The notes below the pieces were generated by a model, which was given only the letters and a program-made list of their open reading frames with translations, was not told where the DNA came from and ran no database searches. Shown piece after piece: positions 35,453-45,489 of a stretch of 64,000 nt of DNA; positions within the stretch are counted from its first letter, which is position 1, and each line of letters opens with the position of its first letter. Both the position numbers and the translations under genes were made by a program. The stretch is from Clostridiales bacterium (lineage in GTDB: Bacteria > Bacillota > Desulfotomaculia > Desulfotomaculales > VENG01): positions 36,771-100,770 of the forward strand of contig JADQBQ010000005.1 in assembly GCA_016278505.1 (NCBI GenBank). Reading direction: 5' to 3'.

Positions 35453-36074
35453 TGCTCAAGACCTGGTAAACCACCACTTCAATAATTTACAGCTTTATAC
35501 CCAATGGTTATTCGAGATTATGGCTTTCAGCCGGGCCGACAAACCGAATTGCTTCCAGTTATTTTATAACTGTTGCGTATTTTACCAACAGAACGAAACC
35601 GCTTCGCGGTGGTTTTCAGGGATAAAACCCATTGATACTGTTTCTAAGTCAAATTAGCCTGTTTCTCAAAGTGATTCTTTGTTTTTAACAACAAAAGACC
35701 ACCCAACAGCGGCAAAATTTTAACAAAGAATTGCCGGAAGTGTTTCCAGTTGGTAAAATAAAAAGTGCTTCCCCCGATTCCTGTCGAATCAATCCAAGGG
35801 GAAACACTTTTCCATATAAACACCGTGAGGATATACAATTTTGGTTGCGATGTCAAGACCTACATGCAAATCATATAAATCATATTTACGGTACAAATGC
35901 AAGCAATGTAACGTATCACATGCACTAAAGCCGGAATTCCTGGCATCCCGCCACCAATATGACACCTTCGAGCGCCAAGCCTTCGTGCTTCAATATACCT
36001 ACTCCCAGAAAGCACAGTGCACTTTTTCGCAAACTCCAAAACCAACTATTCCCCTTGGTCCAGGTATCCCATAA

Positions 36075-36467
36075 CATAAAGAATTTTCCCCATACCCGCC
36101 CATTTCTGCCCAAATAATTGAAGAAGATAAAGCTGTTTTCGGTTGTACTGCAGGTGGTACAGACAGGTTCTATATCAATGCCAAGGGAGATTTACAGCCA
36201 TGCGAGTTTCTGAATATATCCTTTGGCAACATCACAGAGAATCAATTCGAGGACATTTATCAAGCAATGCGCGGCTGCTTTGCCTGGGGCGGAGATTGTT
36301 TCCTTTGCGAAAAATACTCCAAAGAGATCCTTGAGCTTTACCGGGAACACAATTTGACCTCCCTTCCCCTCACCCCTAAGCTGTCGAAAAAGATATATTG
36401 TGCATGGGATCGGGGGCAAAAAACTGAGTTATACGAAAGGCTCGAAAGTACATCTATTAACAAATAA
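36075..36467 (+). pseudogene. 3' fragment of a radical SAM/SPASM-domain gene
   Basis: The frame is open from 36075. FGCTAGGTDRFYINAKGDLQPCEF...CFLCEKY are SPASM/twitch-type Cys motifs. There is no N-terminal radical SAM core here. Confidence 0.55.
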
Positions 36468-36486
36468 CACAAAGAAGGTTTTTACA

Positions 36487-36876
36487 GTGAATAATGAAGA
36501 GTTAAGAAAAAAAGTCAGAAGTGCCGCTGCTGAAATTTTGTATACAGAGGCTGTTATTTCCCCAGTCAATCTGTTAATGAAGATCGGAGTACTATCTAAG
36601 AAAGACTATGAGGATTGGAGAATGGGGAGAATCTCGAATCTAGAGAGGGTATGCCTGGCAAATCTGAGCAAATTGTCGATAGCTATGAAAGAATTAAGGA
36701 AATTTGCACGGGAAAACAATCTAAAGCCCTCAAAAACGGTGTACAAGAAGTGGGGAAAAGGGAAAAAGATCTTTTTGCAGTTCAGTAAATATAATAAGCC
36801 TGCTATCGAGGAAGCTTATTCAACTCATTACATAGATTCAGGTAAAGCTTCCAGGCGAAAACAAAGCGCGCGCTAA
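36487..36876 (+). CDS. hypothetical protein
   Basis: About 129 aa from the GTG at 36487. Its last 140 bp are repeated at 37834..37973. Confidence 0.4.
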   Translation: MNNEELRKKVRSAAAEILYTEAVISPVNLLMKIGVLSKKDYEDWRMGRISNLERVCLANLSKLSIAMKELRKFARENNLKPSKTVYKKWGKGKKIFLQFSKYNKPAIEEAYSTHYIDSGKASRRKQSAR

Positions 36877-36884
36877 TAATTTTT
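36745..36884. repeat. 140-bp direct repeat, copy 1 (partner 37834..37973)
   Basis: aagaagtgggg.aaagggaaaaagat...gcgcgctaataattttt aligns at a constant offset of 1089 bp with a few mismatches. Confidence 0.8.
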
Positions 36885-36994
36885 GATTGTTTTTCTACGG
36901 TCATGGGATATATTTCCCGTACTTCGCCGTATAATACCTTCGGGCCAAGAACCGAGGCGGTGACTTTCACCCTCTGGCCCAATTTCACCCCACC
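36884..36994 (-). pseudogene. internal fragment of a HlyD/MacA-like adaptor gene
   Basis: About 110 bp aligns with 38356..38467, roughly 85 percent identical by eye. The peptides are KLGQRVKVTASVLGPKVLYGEVREIYP versus KLGQRVKITAPVLGPKVLYGEVGEIYP. Confidence 0.6.
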
Positions 36995-37036
36995 TAGTTA
37001 GGCGGGGTTTTTATAAAAACACTCTTTTTTTAATAA

Positions 37037-37504
37037 TTATCTAGCTTGATACTTCACATATAGCTCTTCAGCCCAATGCTTGAAATCATGGGGTTTTCCA
37101 ATTGGTATTCCCTTGAATGTTTGGAGATTGAGTAAGTCGCTTTGGTTATAAGTAATTATATATTTTGCTCCTCCCCTGAGTGCTACCCATAAAAAATTAT
37201 CGTCATCTCTATCGGGGGAGTAGTTTTGCCAATCCGCAGGCATTTCTGGAACCTTGTTTTCATGGCAAAGCAGTAAATCTAAAGTTTCGTGGGACTCCGT
37301 ACATAATTTAACGTCAAATTTATTCGTATAATTTAGGGCGAGCCGGTCGATAATTTCATGAGCTTCACTGCGAGTAAATTCATTCCAAAGGAGTGTAAAA
37401 TCACAGAAGGAGAGTATATGGTAAAAAAATGTTTCGCTATATATTGAGGGCACTAAAACATTTGTGTCAACGACTATCGGAACGCCTGCGTCTAACCTCA
37501 GCAC
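37037..37504 (-). CDS. PIN-domain toxin (putative ribonuclease)
   Basis: The N-terminal IVVDTNVLV and the C-terminal D.DDNFLW.A......YIIT.N..DL are typical of PIN-family toxins. Confidence 0.7.
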   Translation of the reverse strand: MLRLDAGVPIVVDTNVLVPSIYSETFFYHILSFCDFTLLWNEFTRSEAHEIIDRLALNYTNKFDVKLCTESHETLDLLLCHENKVPEMPADWQNYSPDRDDDNFLWVALRGGAKYIITYNQSDLLNLQTFKGIPIGKPHDFKHWAEELYVKYQAR

Positions 37505-37640
37505 GGGCTTTAATTACCTCTCTTTGAATATCATCTTCTGTGACTCCGGCAGCTTTCATGCATTTATGGATGTTCTTTGCTTTATCTAAGGCCTGCAAGG
37601 TTTTTTCTCTGCGGTTTGTTAAGTTGGCAACAGCTTGCAT
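37467..37640 (-). CDS. putative antitoxin of the PIN module
   Basis: Small ORF directly upstream of and overlapping the PIN gene. There is no recognisable fold, so the call is positional. Confidence 0.35.
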   Translation of the reverse strand: MQAVANLTNRREKTLQALDKAKNIHKCMKAAGVTEDDIQREVIKARAEVRRRRSDSR

Positions 37641-37833
37641 TTTTTTACCCCCCCTTTTTTGAGATTTACTTTTACAGAGAATAGAATTTGGTCTTTTAGC
37701 CATTGTTTACCATCCCTTCTATTTTGTCAAGTACATAGTTGGCATAAATGTTAATCATTAACTATAATTAGTGTTGTCTTATTATTTATTTAATAAACAA
37801 CTAAAATATGTTATTAATGCTTATGCAAACATT

Positions 37834-37973
37834 AAGAAGTGGGGCAAAGGGAAAAAGATATTGTTGCAGTTCAGTAAATATAATAAGCCTGCTATCGAGG
37901 AAGCTTATTCAACTCATTACATAGATTCAGGTAAAGCTTCCGGGCGAAAACAAAGCGCGCGCTAATAATTTTT
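37834..37973. repeat. 140-bp direct repeat, copy 2
   Basis: See 36745..36884. It is followed by the hairpin aaaacccccgt...acgggggtttt. Confidence 0.8.
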
Positions 37974-38019
37974 AAAACCCCCGTGACAAGATACGGGGGT
38001 TTTATTGTTCCAACATTTA

Positions 38020-39201
38020 TTAATTTTCAATCGGCTTAACCCTTGTGTTTTCCTTTAAATCCAGGCTCCCGTCGCGGATAATAACATCCCCTGCTGCCAG
38101 GCCTTCAGTTATTTCAATGTTCTCCCTATCTCCTATACCAGTTTTCACCGGCCTGTGTTCAACCCGGTTATCTATTACCACCATCACTTCCTTACTGCCA
38201 CCTTGCAGGGTATGCACCGCTTCCCTGGGGATTACCGGTACATCCTTGTGGGTTAAGGTTTCAATGGCCACCTTTACATCATAGCCGGGCTTAAGATTGG
38301 CCGGGTCGGCCAAGGTGACAATGACGGGCACCCGTCTCTGGATAACCCCCAATGCTGATTGTTTTTCCACGGCCAGGGGATATATTTCCCCCACTTCGCC
38401 GTATAAGACCTTTGGTCCAAGAACCGGGGCGGTGATTTTTACCCTCTGACCCAGTTTTACCTCACCCAGGTCGTCGCTGAGAATATCCGCCTTGATTTCA
38501 AGTTTGTCCTGCACTGCAACACTGGCCAGTACTGTACCCGGGGTCACCACCTGTTCCTGCTTGGCCGGCAAACTAAGGACTATACCGTCCACGGGGCTTT
38601 GCAGCGTCAGTTGCCGCTCTTTGCGGTTAAGGTTCTGCAGCGACCGGTTCAAGCCCGCCTGCTGTGCTCGGGTACTCTCTAAAAGGGATTTCTGCTCCTG
38701 CAGGCTTTGCTCCAGGGTTTGCACCTTTAGTTCGGCTGCTTCAAATTCCACTGTGGAGATAGCCCCGGATTCATACAAATCCTGAAACCGCGCCAGGTTT
38801 TCGCCCGCATTTTTCAATTCCAATTCTATGCGCTGCACAGCCGCTTGAGCGGCAGCAATAGAAGCTGCGGTTTGCGACAATTGAGAGCGAGTATCTTCAA
38901 CTTGCAATGAAAGATCCAGGTTTTCCATTACAACCATAGTTTGCCCTTTGTTAACCTGTTGACCTCTGTCAACGGGTACCTGCACAACTTTGGCGTTCTG
39001 GGGGGCGTGCAAGTCGTAACTGGTGGCGGGCTGAACATAACCGGTATCTTCAACGGACCGGATTATATCCCCGGTCCGAACCTGCACCGTTTCTGCCCCG
39101 GTTCCACCGGTTAAAACAGTGATTGCGGTTATTAACGCCAGTATCACCACGATGCCCACCAGTATGAACAATTTTTTTCTTTTCTTAGCAACCGGCTTCA
39201 T
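38020..39201 (-). CDS. HlyD/MacA-family periplasmic adaptor (membrane fusion protein)
   Basis: 393 aa with an N-terminal TM, long coiled-coil segments and beta-barrel-like C-terminal regions. Confidence 0.85.
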   Translation of the reverse strand: MKPVAKKRKKLFILVGIVVILALITAITVLTGGTGAETVQVRTGDIIRSVEDTGYVQPATSYDLHAPQNAKVVQVPVDRGQQVNKGQTMVVMENLDLSLQVEDTRSQLSQTAASIAAAQAAVQRIELELKNAGENLARFQDLYESGAISTVEFEAAELKVQTLEQSLQEQKSLLESTRAQQAGLNRSLQNLNRKERQLTLQSPVDGIVLSLPAKQEQVVTPGTVLASVAVQDKLEIKADILSDDLGEVKLGQRVKITAPVLGPKVLYGEVGEIYPLAVEKQSALGVIQRRVPVIVTLADPANLKPGYDVKVAIETLTHKDVPVIPREAVHTLQGGSKEVMVVIDNRVEHRPVKTGIGDRENIEITEGLAAGDVIIRDGSLDLKENTRVKPIEN

Positions 39202-39215
39202 ATAAAGACCTCCTG

Positions 39216-41630
39216 TTAATCTTTATTCTTCAATACTTCCACCAGTTGCAGCTGTCTGACACCCCTGACAGCCAGCAGGTGGGCCACCATGATAAAGAAA
39301 AAAGCACCCAGGGCGGAGTATATATAAGTAGTTGGATAGATTATTACCGGCATGGTAAACAAATCCGTGCTCAGCGCACTAATGTAGCCCTTAACCATCA
39401 GGTAGCCGAAGGGCAGGCCCAGAGCTACTCCCAGCAGGGACTGCAGCAGATTTTCCTTCAGTAGTATGCCGGAGACTTCGCTTATCGTAAAACCCAGAAC
39501 CCGCAGGGAGGCCAGTTCTCGCTGCCTTTCCGAGAAACTGATCACTGAAGAGTTGTATACTATGGCAAAGCCCAGCAGCAGCGAGAAGAAAACCAGAATA
39601 GAGATTGAATAGATCATGGCATCCATATTTTGATTGAAATTATCCAGTTCCTTCTGGCGGCTCAGAATGGATGACACCGCGGTCATGTCCTCCAGTTCCT
39701 CTTCCATATGAGCGGTGAAAGCCGGATCCACTTTCAGCATCACACCGGATGCCAGCTGCCTTTCCTGCAACAGGAGGTTGGCCTGTTGCAGCGAAACGAA
39801 GGAACCTCCACCCACCAACTGCCTATTTATACCTACAATTTTAATTTTGTCGTGCCTGGCAGGGCCAATACCCAGCAATGTTTCAACTTGCACCATATCG
39901 CCAACTTGGGCCCCCAGTTTATTTGCTGTCCTCCGGCTGATAAGCAGGCCTTTGGCGGGCACCGGGACGGGCTGTTCCCTGTGGTCTCTCAGCCTTTTCA
40001 AAGTACTTCCAGGGTCTAAGCCGGTGATGGAATCATCTTCTTCTTTACCGTTAAACTTTATTTTTGCCGGTATCTCCAGCAAAGGTTCTGATTTTTGTAC
40101 TCCTTGAATGCGGCTTATGTTCAGAATTTCGCTTTCTTTTACCGGTGTGGTGAATCGAATAAGGTAATCATAACGCTGGTTCTGGTGAAAATGAGATTCT
40201 ATCATATAATCTACGGCGTCAATGGTGAATAAGGATACCACCAGCATGCCCACGGCAAAAACAACTCCCACCGTAGTAATGGCAAAGCGACCGCGGTTCC
40301 GGGCCGCGGATCTAATGCTCATCTTCCAGGCGGTATCCAGACGGTGCCATAGCCATGATAGGTTCTCAACCAGAGTTTTGCCACCACCCTTGGGTGGCTC
40401 GGGACGCATGGCTTCCGCGGGGTTGATAGTGGTCACGCTGCGGCATGCAATGAAGCCGGCCAGAGTGCTTACCCCGAGGCTGAGTATAAAACCGTAAAGT
40501 ATGGCCTGGGTGTTCACGGCACCAATGGTTGAGGGCAGGTTGAAATATACGGCATAGGCCTGGGACATCACCGAGGCCAGGGCAAGACCGAGCAGAGTTC
40601 CCAGCACTGCGCCAAATAAAGCTACCATAACGGAATAACCGGTATAGTGCAGTATTACTTGCCTGTTATTGTAGCCCAGCGCTTTCATAACCCCTATTTG
40701 CAGGCGCTGCGAGCGTACTATACGTCCCAGGATAACGAACTGGATGGCGGCGGCAATGCCCAAAAAAATAGCGGGCATAAAGCGTGAAGAAGCCTTCAGG
40801 CCGTCAAGTTCTCCTTCCAACATGGCGTTACTGAGCTGTTGTTTGCGCGGGTATGCGGCCAGGTTGCCGTAAGGCTCCAGTATGCTTTTTACCTGCCGGG
40901 CCACCTTTTCAGCGTCGGTACCCGGAGCCAGCGTAACCAGCACCTGATTAACCTGCCCTGGCAAGTTTAATAGCTGCTGGGCCCTTTCACGGGGTATGGC
41001 GATGATGCCGAAGGATCTGGGGTCGGGTAAAAGGGTGGCGGCGTCCTTCATCAGATAAATAAATTCCGGCCCGGTGGCAGTACCCACCATGGTCAAGGGC
41101 ACCTTTTTTCCCTCCGCCACGATGGTCACGGTATCATTGAAGTCCAGGTGGTTGGCTTCGGCATACTGGGGGTCTACCAGGATCTCGATATCTCCGGTAC
41201 GGGTATGTTGTTCCCCGGGCCGGGCACTCACTGCCTCTGCAGCAAAAAACCGGCCGGTAAGCAACTGCAGGCTGTTAATTTGGTATTCCATGGGCAGGGA
41301 ATAGCTTGTCAGGCGGGCAGTGGCCCGCTTATTGTAGTCATTTACCAGGGTCACATCCTTTTGTATGCGCCCGGTTACCCCGGTTACCCCGAGTATGGTC
41401 TCAATCTGCTTGGTCACTTGTTGCGGAGCCTTAACAACATGAAAATAATAGTCCGCAAAGTTATGATCCCGGTAAAACTTCTCCTTTGATTCATTTAAAT
41501 TAAAATACGCCGTGGTCATGGCTATGTAAACGGCTATACCTACCATAACCACCGCAGCCACGGCCAGAAACTGCCCCTTGGTTTTACCGATAGTGCGCCA
41601 TAATTTTTTATGTAGAGCCCTCATTACCAC
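39216..41630 (-). CDS. ABC transporter permease with two FtsX domains (MacB type)
   Basis: 804 aa in two FtsX-like 4-TM blocks separated by large extracytoplasmic domains. Confidence 0.85.
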   Translation of the reverse strand: MVMRALHKKLWRTIGKTKGQFLAVAAVVMVGIAVYIAMTTAYFNLNESKEKFYRDHNFADYYFHVVKAPQQVTKQIETILGVTGVTGRIQKDVTLVNDYNKRATARLTSYSLPMEYQINSLQLLTGRFFAAEAVSARPGEQHTRTGDIEILVDPQYAEANHLDFNDTVTIVAEGKKVPLTMVGTATGPEFIYLMKDAATLLPDPRSFGIIAIPRERAQQLLNLPGQVNQVLVTLAPGTDAEKVARQVKSILEPYGNLAAYPRKQQLSNAMLEGELDGLKASSRFMPAIFLGIAAAIQFVILGRIVRSQRLQIGVMKALGYNNRQVILHYTGYSVMVALFGAVLGTLLGLALASVMSQAYAVYFNLPSTIGAVNTQAILYGFILSLGVSTLAGFIACRSVTTINPAEAMRPEPPKGGGKTLVENLSWLWHRLDTAWKMSIRSAARNRGRFAITTVGVVFAVGMLVVSLFTIDAVDYMIESHFHQNQRYDYLIRFTTPVKESEILNISRIQGVQKSEPLLEIPAKIKFNGKEEDDSITGLDPGSTLKRLRDHREQPVPVPAKGLLISRRTANKLGAQVGDMVQVETLLGIGPARHDKIKIVGINRQLVGGGSFVSLQQANLLLQERQLASGVMLKVDPAFTAHMEEELEDMTAVSSILSRQKELDNFNQNMDAMIYSISILVFFSLLLGFAIVYNSSVISFSERQRELASLRVLGFTISEVSGILLKENLLQSLLGVALGLPFGYLMVKGYISALSTDLFTMPVIIYPTTYIYSALGAFFFIMVAHLLAVRGVRQLQLVEVLKNKD

Positions 41631-42334
41631 TCAATCCTTTCCGGTGGCAGGGGAGAGGCATTCTCCCTGATCTCGGCTACAGTCCCATCTCTCATACGCA
41701 CCACCCGGTGGGCCATTTCACCGATGGGGGTATTGTGGGTAACAATGACCACGGTACTGCCCTGTTCCCGGTTTATTTTCACCAGCAAGGCCAGGATGAG
41801 TTTTCCGGTCTGGTAATCCAGAGCACCGGTGGGCTCGTCACAAAGTAACAGCCGGGGATTTTTCACCGTTGCCCGGGCGATGGATACCCGCTGCTGTTCA
41901 CCGCCGCTCATCTGGGAGGGGAAATGGTCCATCCGGTCGGCCAGACCCACATCCCTCAGTACGTCGGTTACAGCCAAAGGCTCATCCACCAGGTCGGCGG
42001 CCAGTTCCACATTCTCTTTGGCCGTCAAGTCAGGTATCAGGTTATAAAACTGAAATACAAAACCAATTTTATTTCTTCTGTAACTGGTTAACTGATCATC
42101 ATTGGCCTGTCCAAGATTACTGTCTCCAAAATACACCTCTCCTTCGGTGGGCAGATCCATTCCCCCCATGATATTAAGCAGGGTGCTCTTCCCGGATCCG
42201 CTGGGACCCAGGATCACCAGTATCTCACCCTGGTACACGTCCAGTGTAGTTTCCTTAAGGGCATTAACCGTTACTTCTCCCATATGGTAAGTTCTGGTTA
42301 GGCGGTTTAAACACATCAATTTATTTTTGGTCAT
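41624..42334 (-). CDS. ABC transporter ATP-binding protein (MacB/LolD type)
   Basis: Walker [10 protein letters not shown], signature MSGGEQQR and Walker B LLLCDEPT. The start is taken at the ATG at 42334. Confidence 0.9.
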   Translation of the reverse strand: MTKNKLMCLNRLTRTYHMGEVTVNALKETTLDVYQGEILVILGPSGSGKSTLLNIMGGMDLPTEGEVYFGDSNLGQANDDQLTSYRRNKIGFVFQFYNLIPDLTAKENVELAADLVDEPLAVTDVLRDVGLADRMDHFPSQMSGGEQQRVSIARATVKNPRLLLCDEPTGALDYQTGKLILALLVKINREQGSTVVIVTHNTPIGEMAHRVVRMRDGTVAEIRENASPLPPERIEW

Positions 42335-42347
42335 ATCCGCACGCCTT

Positions 42348-42785
42348 TCAAGGTTTTTCCGAAGATTCGTCAATCTGGCCCTTCGTCCAGCGATCATATT
42401 GAATGGTTATATCTGATAAATACCAGTTGATAAAATTAAAATAATCCTTCAACACCAGAAGGTTTTCCCTGGATGCCCGGTTTTGGGTTGGAACAGTACC
42501 GAGCCCCTGGTCAATTACTTGCTCCCATAACTTCATGGTGCCTGCTTTTTCCATCGAGGCTTTAATCCAGGAATGTGCATTGGCCCGGTAATAGCCTTTG
42601 CGCTCTCCAGGTATGCTTACCTTCTCAAATATACGCATAGCCAGTCCCTGCCGGATGGTAAGGGATGCAGTGGCCTTACTATACATTAAATTTTTTGCTA
42701 TCTCGTCCAGGGTACTGGGGTGATCAGCCAGCAACAGGTAGCCAAAGGTGCGACCCAGGGTCTTGGATGCGCCGGAATTCTCCAT
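42348..42785 (-). CDS. GbsR/MarR-like winged-helix transcriptional regulator (5' end uncertain)
   Basis: LGRTFGYLLLADHPSTLDEIAKNLMYSKATASLTIRQ is GbsR-like. The frame extends upstream with homologous-looking residues but no start codon. Confidence 0.6.
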   Translation of the reverse strand: MENSGASKTLGRTFGYLLLADHPSTLDEIAKNLMYSKATASLTIRQGLAMRIFEKVSIPGERKGYYRANAHSWIKASMEKAGTMKLWEQVIDQGLGTVPTQNRASRENLLVLKDYFNFINWYLSDITIQYDRWTKGQIDESSEKP

Positions 42786-42872
42786 TAACAGCCCCAGTTC
42801 TTCTATAAATTGAAGTTCCCGTTCCTTTATGTGACATCACGCTCCTTTTACGGCATCATAACATTTAATTTA

Positions 42873-42888
42873 TTTAGTTACAACTAAA
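42873..42888. promoter_or_regulatory. candidate operator TTTAGTT-AC-AACTAAA
   Basis: Perfect 7-2-7 palindrome about 35 nt upstream of the regulator/ABC operon start region. Confidence 0.3.
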
Positions 42889-43034
42889 CAAATTAAAAAC
42901 TCAGGGGATTATACTTTGTTGAAAAATGTTTAATTTTTTATTGCGCTTTTGTGATACTTAATTAGTAAGGTTGATTAATAAGGAATATTAAACAACTCTC
43001 AGATAGAATCAGACATAAGTGGAGTGAATATTTA

Positions 43035-44468
43035 ATGTCCAAAAGCATTGTAGTAAAACTATGGTTAACAATGACTGCTCTTGTCTTTTTAATACTGGTG
43101 ACAGCATGGTTTGCCCACACCCGGATACAAACCGACAGGTACTTTCAGCAGCAGGGTGAAGAGCTAATTCAGAAAGGTTTTAGACTCTCAGAAATATTAC
43201 GAGATGAACATGATAATTTAAAGCAGGAGAAAATAATTCAGGCCTCAGCAAAAGTTTTAAACGCCAATATTATGTTCATGGATAAACAGGAATTCCTTGA
43301 TGGATGTCAGAACGGTGACAGTCACCATGACCCGTTAGTTGCCAGTGAAGTTAAAAGTTTGTTTGCAGGCAACCCGGTGTTTCACAGAGGACCGGGAAAG
43401 ATTTACGATAATGAAGTAATCAGTGCCGGAGTGCCAATCATGTCCGGCGATATATTAAAAAAAATTATCATGCTTCATGCTCCCATTACTCCACTGAGCA
43501 GCCGGATAAATGACTTGAAACAAGTTACACTGACTGTGGGCCTGGGCGGGATAATCATGGCCACCATATTAAGCTTCTTTTTATCCAGACGGTTCTCCGG
43601 TCCGCTTCTGGAAATGAACAGAGTAGCTCAGGCCATGGCTCACGGTAACTATAAAAGGAAAGTTCGTGCTAACTCTCAAGATGAAATTGGACTACTGGCA
43701 AATTCCTTAAATACGCTGGCCTTAAAATTAGAGGAGAAAATCTCAGCTTTGGAAAGAATGGATAATACCCGCAGAGAGTTTGTCGCTAATGTTTCTCACG
43801 AACTTCGGACCCCATTGGCAATTGTTCAAGGTTATACAGAAGCGTTGTTGGACGGCATGGTTGATGACCCCGAGGAACAGCATCTATATTTAAGTCATAT
43901 TTCCGACGAATTAAACCGCCTGCGCCGCCTGGTATCAGAATTGTTGGATTTAAAACGGATGGAATCCGGACGGCAAGACTTTAGCAAGGAAGTAATCGAG
44001 ATTGATTCGATTATTGATAAGGTTACCAAAAAAATTGAACCAACGGCAAAAGAAAACAACGTTAAGTTGGAATCAGATTATGATGCTGCATTAAAACCGA
44101 TCATGGGAAATGCCGACCTCTTGGAACAAGTTTTTTTCAACCTGATTATTAATGGCATAAAGTTTTCCTTTGCCGGGGGTACGATTAAAATATCAGCTTC
44201 TTCAGGTGAGGGCTACACACACATTTCAGTGAGTGATGCTGGTTCAGGAATCCCACAGCAAGAGCTGCCGTTTATCTTTGAACGCTTTTACAAAGTAGAT
44301 AAGTCCAGGACAAGAAGCGGGCAAAATGTAGAAAACAGTGACGGAACAGGTCTCGGGCTGGCCATAGCGAACAGCATTGTACAAACCCATAACGGTATTA
44401 TCAATGTTCAAAGCAGGCCAGGAGGGGGAAGCACATTCACTGTATCTATTCCCATCAAACCGGCCTAA
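43035..44468 (+). CDS. sensor histidine kinase (TM-sensor-TM-HAMP-HisKA-HATPase), no adjacent response regulator
   Basis: H-box VSHELRTPL and the N/G boxes (GTGLGLAI). It is a paralog of 50717..52165. Confidence 0.85.
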   Translation: MSKSIVVKLWLTMTALVFLILVTAWFAHTRIQTDRYFQQQGEELIQKGFRLSEILRDEHDNLKQEKIIQASAKVLNANIMFMDKQEFLDGCQNGDSHHDPLVASEVKSLFAGNPVFHRGPGKIYDNEVISAGVPIMSGDILKKIIMLHAPITPLSSRINDLKQVTLTVGLGGIIMATILSFFLSRRFSGPLLEMNRVAQAMAHGNYKRKVRANSQDEIGLLANSLNTLALKLEEKISALERMDNTRREFVANVSHELRTPLAIVQGYTEALLDGMVDDPEEQHLYLSHISDELNRLRRLVSELLDLKRMESGRQDFSKEVIEIDSIIDKVTKKIEPTAKENNVKLESDYDAALKPIMGNADLLEQVFFNLIINGIKFSFAGGTIKISASSGEGYTHISVSDAGSGIPQQELPFIFERFYKVDKSRTRSGQNVENSDGTGLGLAIANSIVQTHNGIINVQSRPGGGSTFTVSIPIKPA

Positions 44469-44594
44469 TCTAGTCTCTAATATTGTTAGAAAATCTAGAT
44501 ATGGGCGTAAATAATTTGACAAAAATGAATGATATATTGCTAGTAAGCAAACATTCTAACCTAAAATCACATTAAATAAGGAGGTATAAACGGC

Positions 44595-45293
44595 ATGGGA
44601 AGTTTAGGTAAATTGTCTTCCATGGTTAAAATGCGGTTTTCCAGAATGGTAGACAAACTGGAAGATCCGCGGGACTCTTTAGAGTACTCTTTTGAGAAAC
44701 AAAGAGAACTACTTATTCAAACCAAGAGAAGCATTGCGGAAGTTATAACATCTAAAAAACGTTTGGAAATGCAATTGCACCGCTTGGAAATATCCAGCAA
44801 GGAATATGAGGAAAAAGCTAAAAAACTGGTGGCGGAAGATAGAGATGAACTGGCCGAATCTATGCTGGAACGCAAACATGAGACTTTGGCTCAAATTGAA
44901 AATATGAAGCAGCGGATTGAAGAATTAGATGTGGACAAGGAACACTTGATGGGTGCGGAAGCTAAATTGACAAATAACCTGGAATTTTTAAGAGTTCAAA
45001 AGGAAGTCATCAAGGCTCAATATACGGCAGCACAGGCTCATGCAAAAATCGGTGAAGTAGCCACAGGACTGTCGGATGATAGCAATGACATTGGCAATGT
45101 AATAGAAAGGGCCCGTGAAAGAACCGATGAATTAAAAGCAAAGTCATCTGCAATTGAGGAACTTGTTGAACGCAATGTAGTGACTGACCATTTAAATGCA
45201 AAGACAGCTATCGGTATAGGAAATGATGAGATATCCTCTAAAGCTAAAGAGGATCTTCTCAGAATCAAAAAAACCGGTCAAGACATCATTTAA
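44595..45293 (+). CDS. PspA/IM30-family protein
   Basis: 232 aa coiled-coil. The N-terminus ...DKLEDPRDSLEYSFEKQRELL is typical of PspA. Confidence 0.85.
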   Translation: MGSLGKLSSMVKMRFSRMVDKLEDPRDSLEYSFEKQRELLIQTKRSIAEVITSKKRLEMQLHRLEISSKEYEEKAKKLVAEDRDELAESMLERKHETLAQIENMKQRIEELDVDKEHLMGAEAKLTNNLEFLRVQKEVIKAQYTAAQAHAKIGEVATGLSDDSNDIGNVIERARERTDELKAKSSAIEELVERNVVTDHLNAKTAIGIGNDEISSKAKEDLLRIKKTGQDII

Positions 45294-45324
45294 AAAATAC
45301 TCCTCCTCTTCTCTTTTTTGAGAT

Positions 45325-45355
45325 AAAGGGGTTTGGCATATGCCAAACCCCTTTT
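45325..45355 (+). terminator. intrinsic terminator
   Basis: ggggtttggca / tgccaaacccc perfect stem followed by a T-run. Confidence 0.8.
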
Positions 45356-45489
45356 AATTTCAGATCAATGCCAAGCACCTGGACTTTATATGAGGGAACT
45401 CTTTTTAATCGAATTAAGCAGGATATTTGTGGGATTATGTCGAAAACATTGTATCCAAACAGAACTAACTAGATTTACAGGAGAAGAAT

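Noticed and set aside
35500-35540. Minus-strand match CGAATAAC to the -10/leader of the SigI-type block.
   Set aside because: The upstream element is GGCCCGG rather than a C-run preceded by A. The site is antisense to the end of the HEPN gene with no downstream gene, so it is likely chance.
34646-36390. Similarity between the right RAYT repeat region (ccccttgacacctaagttgtcg, 34651-34672) and a stretch inside the radical SAM fragment (cccctcacccctaagctgtcg, 36368-36388). Both translate to PLTPKLS.
   Set aside because: It is only about 20 nt with mismatches. It could mark a REP-like target or be coincidence, and this cannot be distinguished without genome-wide counts.
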